A stretch of DNA of 64,000 nt from Spirochaetota bacterium. GTDB lineage: Bacteria > Spirochaetota > UBA4802 > UBA5550. Position 1 is the stretch's first letter. Each line of letters starts with the position of its first letter. The DNA lies in NCBI GenBank assembly GCA_050298055.1, contig JBNKTL010000027.1:1487-65486 (forward strand), written 5' to 3'. Below, piece by piece: positions 9,679-18,208 of the stretch. The notes under the pieces are model-generated. The model was given only the letters and a program-made list of their open reading frames with translations. It did no database searches and was not told the origin of the DNA. The translations under genes and the position numbers were made by a program.

Positions 9679-11235
9679 CTAACTTACCTGTTTTTTAACA
9701 TTGAATATATGTATCGGTTTTTCTTTTCCTTTAACCTTGACCGGTTTGAGTTCTTTCAGTACGAACCTGTCACCGATAAGGTCACGGGTATTTTGCGTGA
9801 TGATTACATCTCCGGCTTCTGCCACACCCTCAAGCCGGGCGGCAATATTCACCGTGTCCCCGATCACGGAATAATCCATCCTGGCGGTGCCCCCCAGGTT
9901 TCCGGCTACCAGGGGCCCGGTATGCATCCCGATCCCCACTTTCAGTTTTGAGGCCTTTCCCCTGAAGAAGTTTCTGTCCTTTGCCCCCACAAGTTCCTGT
10001 ATCTCAACCGCGCAGCTTACAGCGGCCACCGCGTCTTTTTCGGCGGTATACATGGGAACACCCCAGGCCGCCATAATACAGTCGCCGATAAACTTGTCGA
10101 TATACCCATTGTGTTTGATAACGATTTCCACGGCCTGGCTGAAATACTCGTTAAGGACTTCGATGATGTATTCCGGTTCTTTCCCCTCGGAGAAGGAGGT
10201 ATACCCCCGTATATCCGCGAAGAATATTGTGGCGATCTTTTTATCCCCACCAAGGCGCACAAGGTCAGGGCTCTCCATAATATTCTGCATAACATCCCTG
10301 GAGAGATACCGGGAGAACATGTCCTTGATCTGGCGGCGTTCCTCAACAACCGACTCCACCTGGTCTCTCAGCTCCCGTTCCCGGGACTGGTCGGTGAACA
10401 GAAGGGTTATCCCTTCGTGTGCTCCCCTTTTTCCGCGAAGGGGGCTTATGTTAAGAGAAAAATCCATCTCATCTTCCCCGTTTTTATAGATGCCTTCAAT
10501 CCCCAGCCGTTCCTTCCCGTCTTCGCCGGAGAGGTTGATCTGGTTGATGATCTTTCGGCTCATGTTCTTTTTAAAGAGGCTGTCAATACTGAGGCTGGCG
10601 CTGTTTTCTGAAAGTCCCAGTCTTTCAGCGGCGACCCTGTTAAAATAGTGGATGGCACCGTTCTGGTCGGCGGTAATGAGAAGATTGGTCATTGAAGAGA
10701 AGATGTTCTCCTGGTAGCGTTCAAGGGCCTCAATATGCTTAAGACGGGCCTTGAGTTCTTTGAAAAGCTCGGCGTTATGGAGCATCCCCCCGGCGAGCTT
10801 TGTAAATGAATCGAGAAAATCGAGCCTGTTCTTGCCGTAGAATTCCTCTCTTCGGGAGTTGAGGACCAGTATCCCGATTTTCGCCTTTGGAGTGGAAAGG
10901 GGAAGGGCCATCCCGCTGTTCATGTTATTTACGAGAAAGATCCCCTTGAAGAACTTTTGCTCCCGGTCATTGATGACCAGGGCTTCCCTGCAGTCCTCGA
11001 GAAACCGGACCAGTTCACTCTCTGCTTCCAGTTTTCCGGGAATATCGTATTTTCCTCTTTTATAAACAAGTTTCAGGGGGCCTGTGTCGAGTTCCGGGTA
11101 GACATAAAGAGCTCCGATATCCGACTTGCTTACATCCTGTGCCTGGTCCACAAGGGTGGCAGTGAGGCTTTCTTCATCTTTATCGCTTGTGAGAAGTGAA
11201 CTGGTCCTGACTAACTCGTCAATACTTGCAGGCAT
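9679..11235 (-). CDS. GAF-PAS class III adenylate cyclase
   Basis: ATIFFADIRGYT, IDKFIGDCIM (Lys typical of ATP specificity), VIGDTVNIAARLE; N-terminal GAF and PAS. Confidence 0.92.
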   Translation of the reverse strand: MPASIDELVRTSSLLTSDKDEESLTATLVDQAQDVSKSDIGALYVYPELDTGPLKLVYKRGKYDIPGKLEAESELVRFLEDCREALVINDREQKFFKGIFLVNNMNSGMALPLSTPKAKIGILVLNSRREEFYGKNRLDFLDSFTKLAGGMLHNAELFKELKARLKHIEALERYQENIFSSMTNLLITADQNGAIHYFNRVAAERLGLSENSASLSIDSLFKKNMSRKIINQINLSGEDGKERLGIEGIYKNGEDEMDFSLNISPLRGKRGAHEGITLLFTDQSRERELRDQVESVVEERRQIKDMFSRYLSRDVMQNIMESPDLVRLGGDKKIATIFFADIRGYTSFSEGKEPEYIIEVLNEYFSQAVEIVIKHNGYIDKFIGDCIMAAWGVPMYTAEKDAVAAVSCAVEIQELVGAKDRNFFRGKASKLKVGIGMHTGPLVAGNLGGTARMDYSVIGDTVNIAARLEGVAEAGDVIITQNTRDLIGDRFVLKELKPVKVKGKEKPIHIFNVKKQVS

Positions 11236-11498
11236 GACGGCCCCCCGGTTTTTTCACAATTAATTTATCAGAGAAATGCTACAAAATAATTTAACAGGTG
11301 ATTGCATATATTAAGCTTTTACCAGCTGTGGGGGGACCTGTCAAGAATAAACTCTGTTTCGGATATGCAGCCTGCTCTATCACGAAGATTCGGGGGTACT
11401 CTATTTTTTCAATGAAGATAAAGGTGAGTTCAATTACCATTAATCCTTTACAGGTCTTATGTCAACTTTAAATAACGAGGAACCGGTTTCTTGGATAA

Positions 11499-13178
11499 CT
11501 ATCCTTTCCTGTACATTTTTGGCGTTGTTCCTCTGAATTTTAAAAAGGCCCTGTTGAAGCTGGTCAGGCTTTCGAATCCCACGGAAAAAGCAATATCGAT
11601 AATGTTGTCATCGGTCTCCTTCAGTTTCTCTGCTGCGTGGTTTACGCGAAATTCGTTGATATATTCACCCAGTTTCTTCCCGGTAAATATCTTGAAGTAC
11701 CTGCTCAGAGAATCGGGATGCATGTCAATGGAAGCCGCGAGATTGTCCCGGGACATATCATACATATAATTCTCATTGATATACTGAATTGCCTTTTTTA
11801 TCTTTTCTTCGGATGTGGCGGATATTGAAGACCGGGATTTGACCTGGTTGATGTTTTTCATCCTCTGGTAGTAAAAGGCATTCTCAATGGCTATGGCGGA
11901 CTGCGCTAAAAAGACTGACATGATCTCCGCGTCCTGATCGGTAAAGGGGCCCTCTTCACTGTTTTTTATTAAGTGTACGATCCCCAGGAGCTCATCGTCC
12001 AGTTTTACCGGAAGGAATATGCCGCTTTTAGGGGGAGTATCACCGGTAGCACCAATCAGGAACCGCTCTTCCCCGAGAATCTTTTGAAAAAGTGGTTCAT
12101 CAATTTCTTCAGAGATGCCATTGGTAATTGAGTAGAAGGCTTTAAGCTGAGGCCTGTTCATCATATCCGCAAGAAAAAATGATCCCTGCTCGGCACCGCA
12201 GATCTCAACGGCTTTTTTAATTGCCGTATTGAGGAGTTCATCAATATTTGAAACAATACTCATGTCCCGGCTGATTTTTTCTATGGATGAACTGCTGTTG
12301 TAACTGATAATTTTATTCATCTCCGGGGAATTGTCCTTTGTCTCATCGCCGGTCAGTTCATTGAATGTTTCCCGGTATATCTCTTTACCGATATTGCTGA
12401 AAAGAAGTTCCATTGTTGTTTCATTAATTTTTTCTTTGAGCATAATATTCTGCTCAGCCACTTCATTGTTGAGCTCAAAAAATTCATTCTGGAGAAGAAA
12501 TGCAATGGAGAAGATTATGATAAAAGACGCGTATTCAAAGAGAGAGATGAAGGTGTAGACCCCGGATCCCACGAAAAGGTCATTCATGACGGCAAAAAAG
12601 AATACAAGAAGAGAAAAAATTATCGGACCATATTGTTTATCGGTGTCGTCCCTGTAATAGAGATAGTGTTGAATTGTCAGGAAGATAATACCAAGGGACA
12701 CGAGGGCCATGAATATGTACTCAAGAATGCAGATAATTCCGGGGTCCGCTTCATAACGGGTAATGTTCAGAAGACCTCCGAGGGTGATATATTTTATGTG
12801 CGGATTGTTTACGGACAGAGTCAGATCGTTTTGGAGAAATATTACCAGAAGAAAAAAAAGTGAAAATGTCATTGATATGAAGATGAATATCTTTTTTGAA
12901 TGATAACGTGAAAAAAAATATATAAACCAGGCAAGGGAAAGGGAAACGAGGGTCAGGGCGGAGAACTGAAGTCTCTGCCATATTATCCCCTGGGCTACAG
13001 AAACCGAGTTGTATAATCCCGCAGAGGAAAAATCGTAAAATGCTGCCGAGAAACAGGTGAGAGCAAAAGTGAGATTGACCGGCCGGGACTTTCCTTTAAA
13101 AAAAAGCCAGAGATAGTATATGCCCATATAGATGCACACTGAAGCCATCATAAGGGCGGGAATTGAAAATGACTTCAT
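11499..13178 (-). CDS. Membrane-bound AraC-family regulator (about 7 TM + GAF + HTH_AraC)
   Basis: Seven hydrophobic segments, a GAF-like region, C-terminal IAFSVGFESLTSFNRAFLK..GTTP. Start placed at MKSFS. Confidence 0.88.
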   Translation of the reverse strand: MKSFSIPALMMASVCIYMGIYYLWLFFKGKSRPVNLTFALTCFSAAFYDFSSAGLYNSVSVAQGIIWQRLQFSALTLVSLSLAWFIYFFSRYHSKKIFIFISMTFSLFFLLVIFLQNDLTLSVNNPHIKYITLGGLLNITRYEADPGIICILEYIFMALVSLGIIFLTIQHYLYYRDDTDKQYGPIIFSLLVFFFAVMNDLFVGSGVYTFISLFEYASFIIIFSIAFLLQNEFFELNNEVAEQNIMLKEKINETTMELLFSNIGKEIYRETFNELTGDETKDNSPEMNKIISYNSSSSIEKISRDMSIVSNIDELLNTAIKKAVEICGAEQGSFFLADMMNRPQLKAFYSITNGISEEIDEPLFQKILGEERFLIGATGDTPPKSGIFLPVKLDDELLGIVHLIKNSEEGPFTDQDAEIMSVFLAQSAIAIENAFYYQRMKNINQVKSRSSISATSEEKIKKAIQYINENYMYDMSRDNLAASIDMHPDSLSRYFKIFTGKKLGEYINEFRVNHAAEKLKETDDNIIDIAFSVGFESLTSFNRAFLKFRGTTPKMYRKG

Positions 13179-13417
13179 GAGATCTTTTCCACCCGGTATT
13201 TTCACCCAATAATAATTATACAATCAACAAGGATTGTATAGAAACCTTTCTGCAACAGGAGATACCGTCAACAAAAAAAAGTTCTGTAAAGGAATAAATT
13301 ATTTGCCCGTCTCACATCCAATTTATGATTAATCAGACACTGGTTGGAAAAGGATCAATCAATATAATATTTTTATTGAGAATAGATTATTTTTTTGGGG
13401 AGTCACAGGAGCAAATT

Positions 13418-14905
13418 ATGAATGCGAAAGAAAACAGGGGAAAAAACAGCGGTTATGCCATCAGTGAATATCACGATACTGACCAGGTACTCAAGCAGTT
13501 GAAAGAGCTTGTGAGCCAGCCGGCAAGAAAGATAAAAAAAGAGAAAATGCAGGATTACCTGGCATATTTTGATGAGAAGTGTAAAAAATCAAAGAAGGTC
13601 ATAGACAGGGCAAAAAACTTTATTCCCGGGGGAGTCCAGCACAACCTTGCCTTCAATTATCCCTTTCCCCTTGTTTTTACCAAAGCCAAAGACTGCTATC
13701 TTTACGACCTGGACGGAAATAAATATATCGATTTTCTTCAGGCAGGGGGGCCCACTGTCCTGGGGAGCAATCCAAAAATTATCAGGGACAAGGTGATAAA
13801 GCTGTTGAATGAAACCGGTCCGGTTACAGGCCTCTTCCATGAATACGAACTTAAGCTCGCGGAAAAGATCGCGGAGCATATGCCGGGAGTGGAGATGTTC
13901 AGGATGCTGGGGAGCGGGACCGAAGCGGATATGGCGGCGATCAGGGTGGCGCGCCTTGCAACGAAAAAGAAGTTTGTTATAAAAATGGGGGGCGCCTATC
14001 ACGGGTGGAGTGACCAGCTGGCATACGGCATCAGGATCCCCGGGACCAGGCACATGGAAGCCCACGGTGTTCCCAAAAACTGCTTTAAATATACGCAGGA
14101 ATTTTATCCCAACAATATCAAATCCCTTGAGAGAAAGCTCAGAATGAACAGGTTCAGGGGCGGGACCGCAGCGGTCCTCATGGAACCCATCGGACCGGAA
14201 AGCGGAACACGGCCCCTCTATAAGGATTTCAACAAACAGGTCAGGGAGCTGTGCGATAAATACGGCGCTCTTCTGATCTTTGATGAAGTTGTCACTGCTT
14301 TCAGGATGGGAATGAGCGGCGCCCAGGGATATTTCGGGGTCGTCCCCGATCTCACGGTTTTTGGGAAAGTGGTGGCCGGCGGTTATCCATCCGCGGGAGG
14401 ACTGGGAGGTAAAAGGGAATACATGAAGTTTCTTGCCGCGGGCCTGGAAAGCGGATCAAAGAAGGCCCTTATCGGGGGGACCATGGCGGCCAACCCCCTG
14501 AGCTCGGCGGCAGGCTACTATACCCTCTGTGAAATTGAAAAAAGAGATGCCGCGGTAAAAGCGGGGAGGGCAGGGGACAGGCTCACAAAGGGACTGCAGA
14601 AGATCATCAAAAAATATCATCTCCCCTTTGTGGCGTTCAACCAGGGTTCCGTGTGCCATCTTGAAACCGTGGGGACACTGCTCCTTGACGTTCCCTGGTC
14701 ACGTCCCTGGAAGATACCCGGCACAATCAAGGAGGCCCGGGCACGAAAGGAGGTCATGGAAGAGATGGGCGCGGCGTATATGGCAGAGGGACTTGTGACC
14801 CTGGCGGGGAGCAGGATATATACAAACGCATTGCAGGACGATAAAATCATAGATGAAGCTTTGAAGAGATTTGAGAGGGTCCTGAGGAATATTGAAGGAG
14901 TCTAG
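13418..14905 (+). CDS. Class III PLP aminotransferase (GSA-aminomutase-like, probably not true HemL)
   Basis: YDLDGNKYIDF, SGTEA, GAYHG, LIFDEVVTAFR, PDLTVFGK (PLP lysine). AGGAG RBS precedes ATG 13418. Confidence 0.88.
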   Translation: MNAKENRGKNSGYAISEYHDTDQVLKQLKELVSQPARKIKKEKMQDYLAYFDEKCKKSKKVIDRAKNFIPGGVQHNLAFNYPFPLVFTKAKDCYLYDLDGNKYIDFLQAGGPTVLGSNPKIIRDKVIKLLNETGPVTGLFHEYELKLAEKIAEHMPGVEMFRMLGSGTEADMAAIRVARLATKKKFVIKMGGAYHGWSDQLAYGIRIPGTRHMEAHGVPKNCFKYTQEFYPNNIKSLERKLRMNRFRGGTAAVLMEPIGPESGTRPLYKDFNKQVRELCDKYGALLIFDEVVTAFRMGMSGAQGYFGVVPDLTVFGKVVAGGYPSAGGLGGKREYMKFLAAGLESGSKKALIGGTMAANPLSSAAGYYTLCEIEKRDAAVKAGRAGDRLTKGLQKIIKKYHLPFVAFNQGSVCHLETVGTLLLDVPWSRPWKIPGTIKEARARKEVMEEMGAAYMAEGLVTLAGSRIYTNALQDDKIIDEALKRFERVLRNIEGV

Positions 14906-14942
14906 CCTCCAAACCCCCAGGGGGGGGAAGAGAAAGAGTATT

Positions 14943-15081
14943 GAACCGCTAAGACGCAAAGTTCGCAAAGGAAGAGTTGTTTTAATGTTAAATTAATGGT
15001 ACTTCTGATCAGATAACTTAACATGACAATTCAACATTTAAAACTTTCTTAAACTTCGCGCACTTTGCGCCTTTGCGGTTC
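14943..15081. repeat. Intergenic imperfect inverted-repeat element (ACCGCNAAGNCGCAAAG type)
   Basis: GAACCGCTAAGACGCAAAGTTCGCAAAG ... CTTCGCGCACTTTGCGCCTTTGCGGTTC, plus inner AT-rich arms TTTTAATGTTAAATT / AATTCAACATTTAAAA. Confidence 0.8.
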
Positions 15082-15111
15082 TAAATTAAATTTATAAGGG
15101 TATATATAAAC

Positions 15112-15789
15112 ATGGAAACCGAAGAAATTGAAAAGTCTATTGCCGGCGCCAGGAAAACCGTGTGTGAGGCGGGGAAAAAGCTCCTTGATGAAGGGCTGGT
15201 AAAGGGGACCTGGGGAAACACAAGTCTCCGGATAAATGAGACCCTCATGGCCATAACTCCCAGCGGGTTGAGATATGAAGATATGATACCCGACGATATT
15301 GTCATAGTGAACTATCTTGATATGAGTTATGAAGGAAAGGTCAAACCCTCCTCGGAAGTGGGTCTGCATTCGGGGATTTACAGGGAGCGAAAAGAGATCA
15401 ATGCGGTGATCCACACACACCAGATGAACGCTTCAACGGTTGCCGCGGCAAGAAGAACAGTCCCTCCCATCCTTGATGACCAGGCGCAGATCATCGGTCC
15501 CGATATCCGTGTTGCCGATTACGCCCTTCCCAGTACAAAGAAGATCGTAAAGAAGACGATGAAGGCCCTCAGGGGGCGCTACGCGGCCCTCATGGCCAAC
15601 CATGGCGCCATATGCGTGGGACGGAACATGGAAGAGGCCTTCATCGTGGCCCAGGTTCTTGAAAAGGCATGCAAGGCCTTTATTGAAGCTGAATTTCTGG
15701 GGGGAGCAAAGGGGATCAGTAAGTTTGAAGCGCATCTTATGCATAAGATCTACCTGATGAAGTATTCGAAGATTAAGGATAAAAAGTAG
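15112..15789 (+). CDS. Class II aldolase/adducin family protein (FucA-like)
   Basis: GTWGNTS, ITPSG, KPSSE..LH..IY, AVIHTH, LMANHG. Confidence 0.9.
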   Translation: METEEIEKSIAGARKTVCEAGKKLLDEGLVKGTWGNTSLRINETLMAITPSGLRYEDMIPDDIVIVNYLDMSYEGKVKPSSEVGLHSGIYRERKEINAVIHTHQMNASTVAAARRTVPPILDDQAQIIGPDIRVADYALPSTKKIVKKTMKALRGRYAALMANHGAICVGRNMEEAFIVAQVLEKACKAFIEAEFLGGAKGISKFEAHLMHKIYLMKYSKIKDKK

Positions 15790-15795
15790 AGTTTC

Positions 15796-15824
15796 ATGCC
15801 CCGGCGCCCTGAGCGGCGGGGCAT
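15796..15824. repeat. Degenerate GC hairpin resembling the MITE core
   Basis: ATGCCCCGGCGCCCTGAGCGGCGGGGCAT followed by CCCAGTTGT, like the core plus flank of the 49918 copy. Confidence 0.5.
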
Positions 15825-15871
15825 CCCAGTTGTCTTTCGAGCTTTATTTGTATATATTTATTAAAGAAATT

Positions 15872-15985
15872 GTCACTACTCAACAAGAGAGATAAAAATA
15901 CATATCAACAATCACTGCTTCTGAAGGGACATGCCAGTTGTTTTTTATTGAATATGATTATTTTTATATAGAGCTGAGTAGTAAC
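15872..15985. mobile_element. MITE-like element copy A (core hairpin largely deleted)
   Basis: Ends GTCACTACTCA ... AGCTGAGTAGTAAC; right half resembles copy D. Confidence 0.65.
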
Positions 15986-16013
15986 AGAAAATTTAATTCA
16001 AAAAGGAGTCACT

Positions 16014-16490
16014 ATGGGTATTTTTGATAAAATCAAACAGGTTTTGGGAATCGGGACTGTTAAGGTAACGCTGGATGTTGATAAGAATTTCAGCAAAAGC
16101 AGTGACACAATTTCCGGTAAAATCCACCTTGCTGCAAAAAGTGATCAGGAAATTCTTGAACTTGAGATCAAACTTGAGGAAGTATGGAAAACAGGTCGCG
16201 GTGATGATGAAAAGACGGAAACATTTGATCTGGGAGAGTGGAAAGATTCTACTCCTTTTTCAATGAAAGCAGGGGAAGAAAAAGATGTCCCTTTTACCCT
16301 GACATACGAACTGTTAAAATCCAAAAACGATGAAATTGCCGAAACTGCCGGTAAAGTGGGAAAAGCTTTGGGCGGACTGGGGAAAATGATGGATGCAGAA
16401 AAATCGACATTCACGCTTATCGCAACCTGTGATGTGAAGGGAGCCGCTTTTGATCCCAACGCTACGGAAGAAATGAAACTTACGGATTAA
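16014..16490 (+). CDS. SpoOM-like (arrestin-N fold) protein
   Basis: MGIFDKIKQVLGIGTVKVTLDV, G.I.L, PF...AGEEKDVPFTL, A.CDVKGAAFDP. Confidence 0.7.
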   Translation: MGIFDKIKQVLGIGTVKVTLDVDKNFSKSSDTISGKIHLAAKSDQEILELEIKLEEVWKTGRGDDEKTETFDLGEWKDSTPFSMKAGEEKDVPFTLTYELLKSKNDEIAETAGKVGKALGGLGKMMDAEKSTFTLIATCDVKGAAFDPNATEEMKLTD

Positions 16491-16520
16491 AATTTTATGA
16501 TCAAACTCCGCCTCAGGCGC

Positions 16521-16547
16521 GCCCTCTCCCGGAGGAGAGGGCTTCTT
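16521..16547 (+). terminator. Putative intrinsic terminator
   Basis: GCCCTCTCC-CGGA-GGAGAGGGC then TTCTT. Confidence 0.5.
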
Positions 16548-16934
16548 GATAAATGATTTAATCTCTTTTATAAAAAACCTCGTTGCCTGACTTATTTGTT
16601 GTCATTCCCCGGAAGAAAGTTCCCTGTAAATATCCATGAAAAACTTCCTGTTGAGCCTTGGTTTATCTTTCATTCTCCGGGAAAAAATGATTGATCGAGT
16701 TGGGGCAGCCTAACAGGGTGATGTTTTTTATTGCAGCGTGCCCTGACAGTGAAATAGTAACCTGCAAAAAATATATTCGAAAATAACTATTAATTTAAAT
16801 AAAATAAAAAGAATTTGACTTTATTACTCAATTCAATTAGTAAGAAACTGCAAAATTCCTCAGAAATAAGATATAAAGCGAATAGATACAATCTTCTTTT
16901 TTATTAATAATCTCCCTGTGAGAGAGGTGATAAG

Positions 16935-18188
16935 ATGATGAGATCTTTAGCGGTATTTTCACTGAGCTTATGCATAATCCTCTGCCTTATTTCTGAATCT
17001 CCCGCCCAAAATCCCCGGCCAAGTAAAGCCCGGTTAATGAAAAGTGATGCAACAAGCTACACCTATGAAATACTTGATGTGGATGGCATTCTCTCGGTGG
17101 AAGCGCGCTATATGAGCAAAGCCAGTATATTGAGAAATTATATTGTTCATAACATTCAGGGGTGTCCTAAAGCAACACGCCTCGTTTTTCCCAAAACACT
17201 GCCCGATAAATGGGGCCTCCATTCATCGTTAATACAATATTCATTACTCTCCCTTCGCGTGACTGATTGTTCCGGAACTACAAGATACGGATCAATGTTT
17301 ACAGTAGATGAAAAAGGAAAACTTGCCCTTGCCAGGGTAAACCGGGAATATCAAAGCGGTACCATTACATTAAAAAAACAGTCCTGGGTTAAATTTCAGT
17401 ATGAAATATCTGATAGTGACGGTATCTTAATGGTCATTGCTCAATACAGAGATCCCAATGCATCACATTATACTAACCAAAAAATTTTCAGCTTTACCGG
17501 CTGTCCGAAGAAGGTAAATGTTGATGTGGAAAAAAAGTCGATATTCCCCTATTCATATCAATTGTCAGAAATAATCGTCATTGATTGTTCGTCCCAACAG
17601 GGGAGTATAAGTAATACTGATAAAGAATCATGGTATGGGATAGATAAAACAGGCATTGCCACCCACTGGTTTACTCAAAAAAAGAATGACCTGAGCGATG
17701 CCCGGATTCTTACTGAAGCACCGACATTCTATACAATACAGGTTAGAGACGATGACGGCATAATAAAAATTAAGGCCTATTATCATAATTATCAATATCC
17801 CGTCGTTCACATAATTAAAAATTGTCCGAAACAAACGACCCTCAATATTAAGAAAACAAAAACGGGCTATGATGGCAAAGAATACGTCTTTGAGAAAATA
17901 ATGATTTTCGATTGTTCTGATAATGAGGATACCTTTGCTCATTGTTTGAAAACATGGTTTAAGCTGAATGATAAAGGAGAACTGGTCATTGATTATTTCA
18001 ACAAATACCCGCGGGAACTTGATGATATGGAAGATGAAGACAATCTCGCAGATGAGTATTTTGATGCAAAGGAAACACATGAGAAATACCAGAAAAAACT
18101 TTATTACTTTATTCTGCTTTTATTATTAATTACTTATATATTCTGGAGATTGGGAAAACACTTTGGCTGGTGGCCCTTTTTTAAATGA
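16935..18188 (+). CDS. Exported, C-terminally anchored protein with three Cys-containing beta-rich repeats
   Basis: Signal peptide; three units of D.DGI....A.Y ... CPK ... DCS; acidic linker; C-terminal TM helix. Confidence 0.8.
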   Translation: MMRSLAVFSLSLCIILCLISESPAQNPRPSKARLMKSDATSYTYEILDVDGILSVEARYMSKASILRNYIVHNIQGCPKATRLVFPKTLPDKWGLHSSLIQYSLLSLRVTDCSGTTRYGSMFTVDEKGKLALARVNREYQSGTITLKKQSWVKFQYEISDSDGILMVIAQYRDPNASHYTNQKIFSFTGCPKKVNVDVEKKSIFPYSYQLSEIIVIDCSSQQGSISNTDKESWYGIDKTGIATHWFTQKKNDLSDARILTEAPTFYTIQVRDDDGIIKIKAYYHNYQYPVVHIIKNCPKQTTLNIKKTKTGYDGKEYVFEKIMIFDCSDNEDTFAHCLKTWFKLNDKGELVIDYFNKYPRELDDMEDEDNLADEYFDAKETHEKYQKKLYYFILLLLLITYIFWRLGKHFGWWPFFK

Positions 18189-18208
18189 CCGGGCACAGTT
18201 ACCCACAC

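Noticed and set aside
13418-14905. Calling the aminotransferase hemL
   Set aside because: Divergent motifs (PGGVQH instead of PGGVNS), extra N-terminus and no tetrapyrrole gene context.
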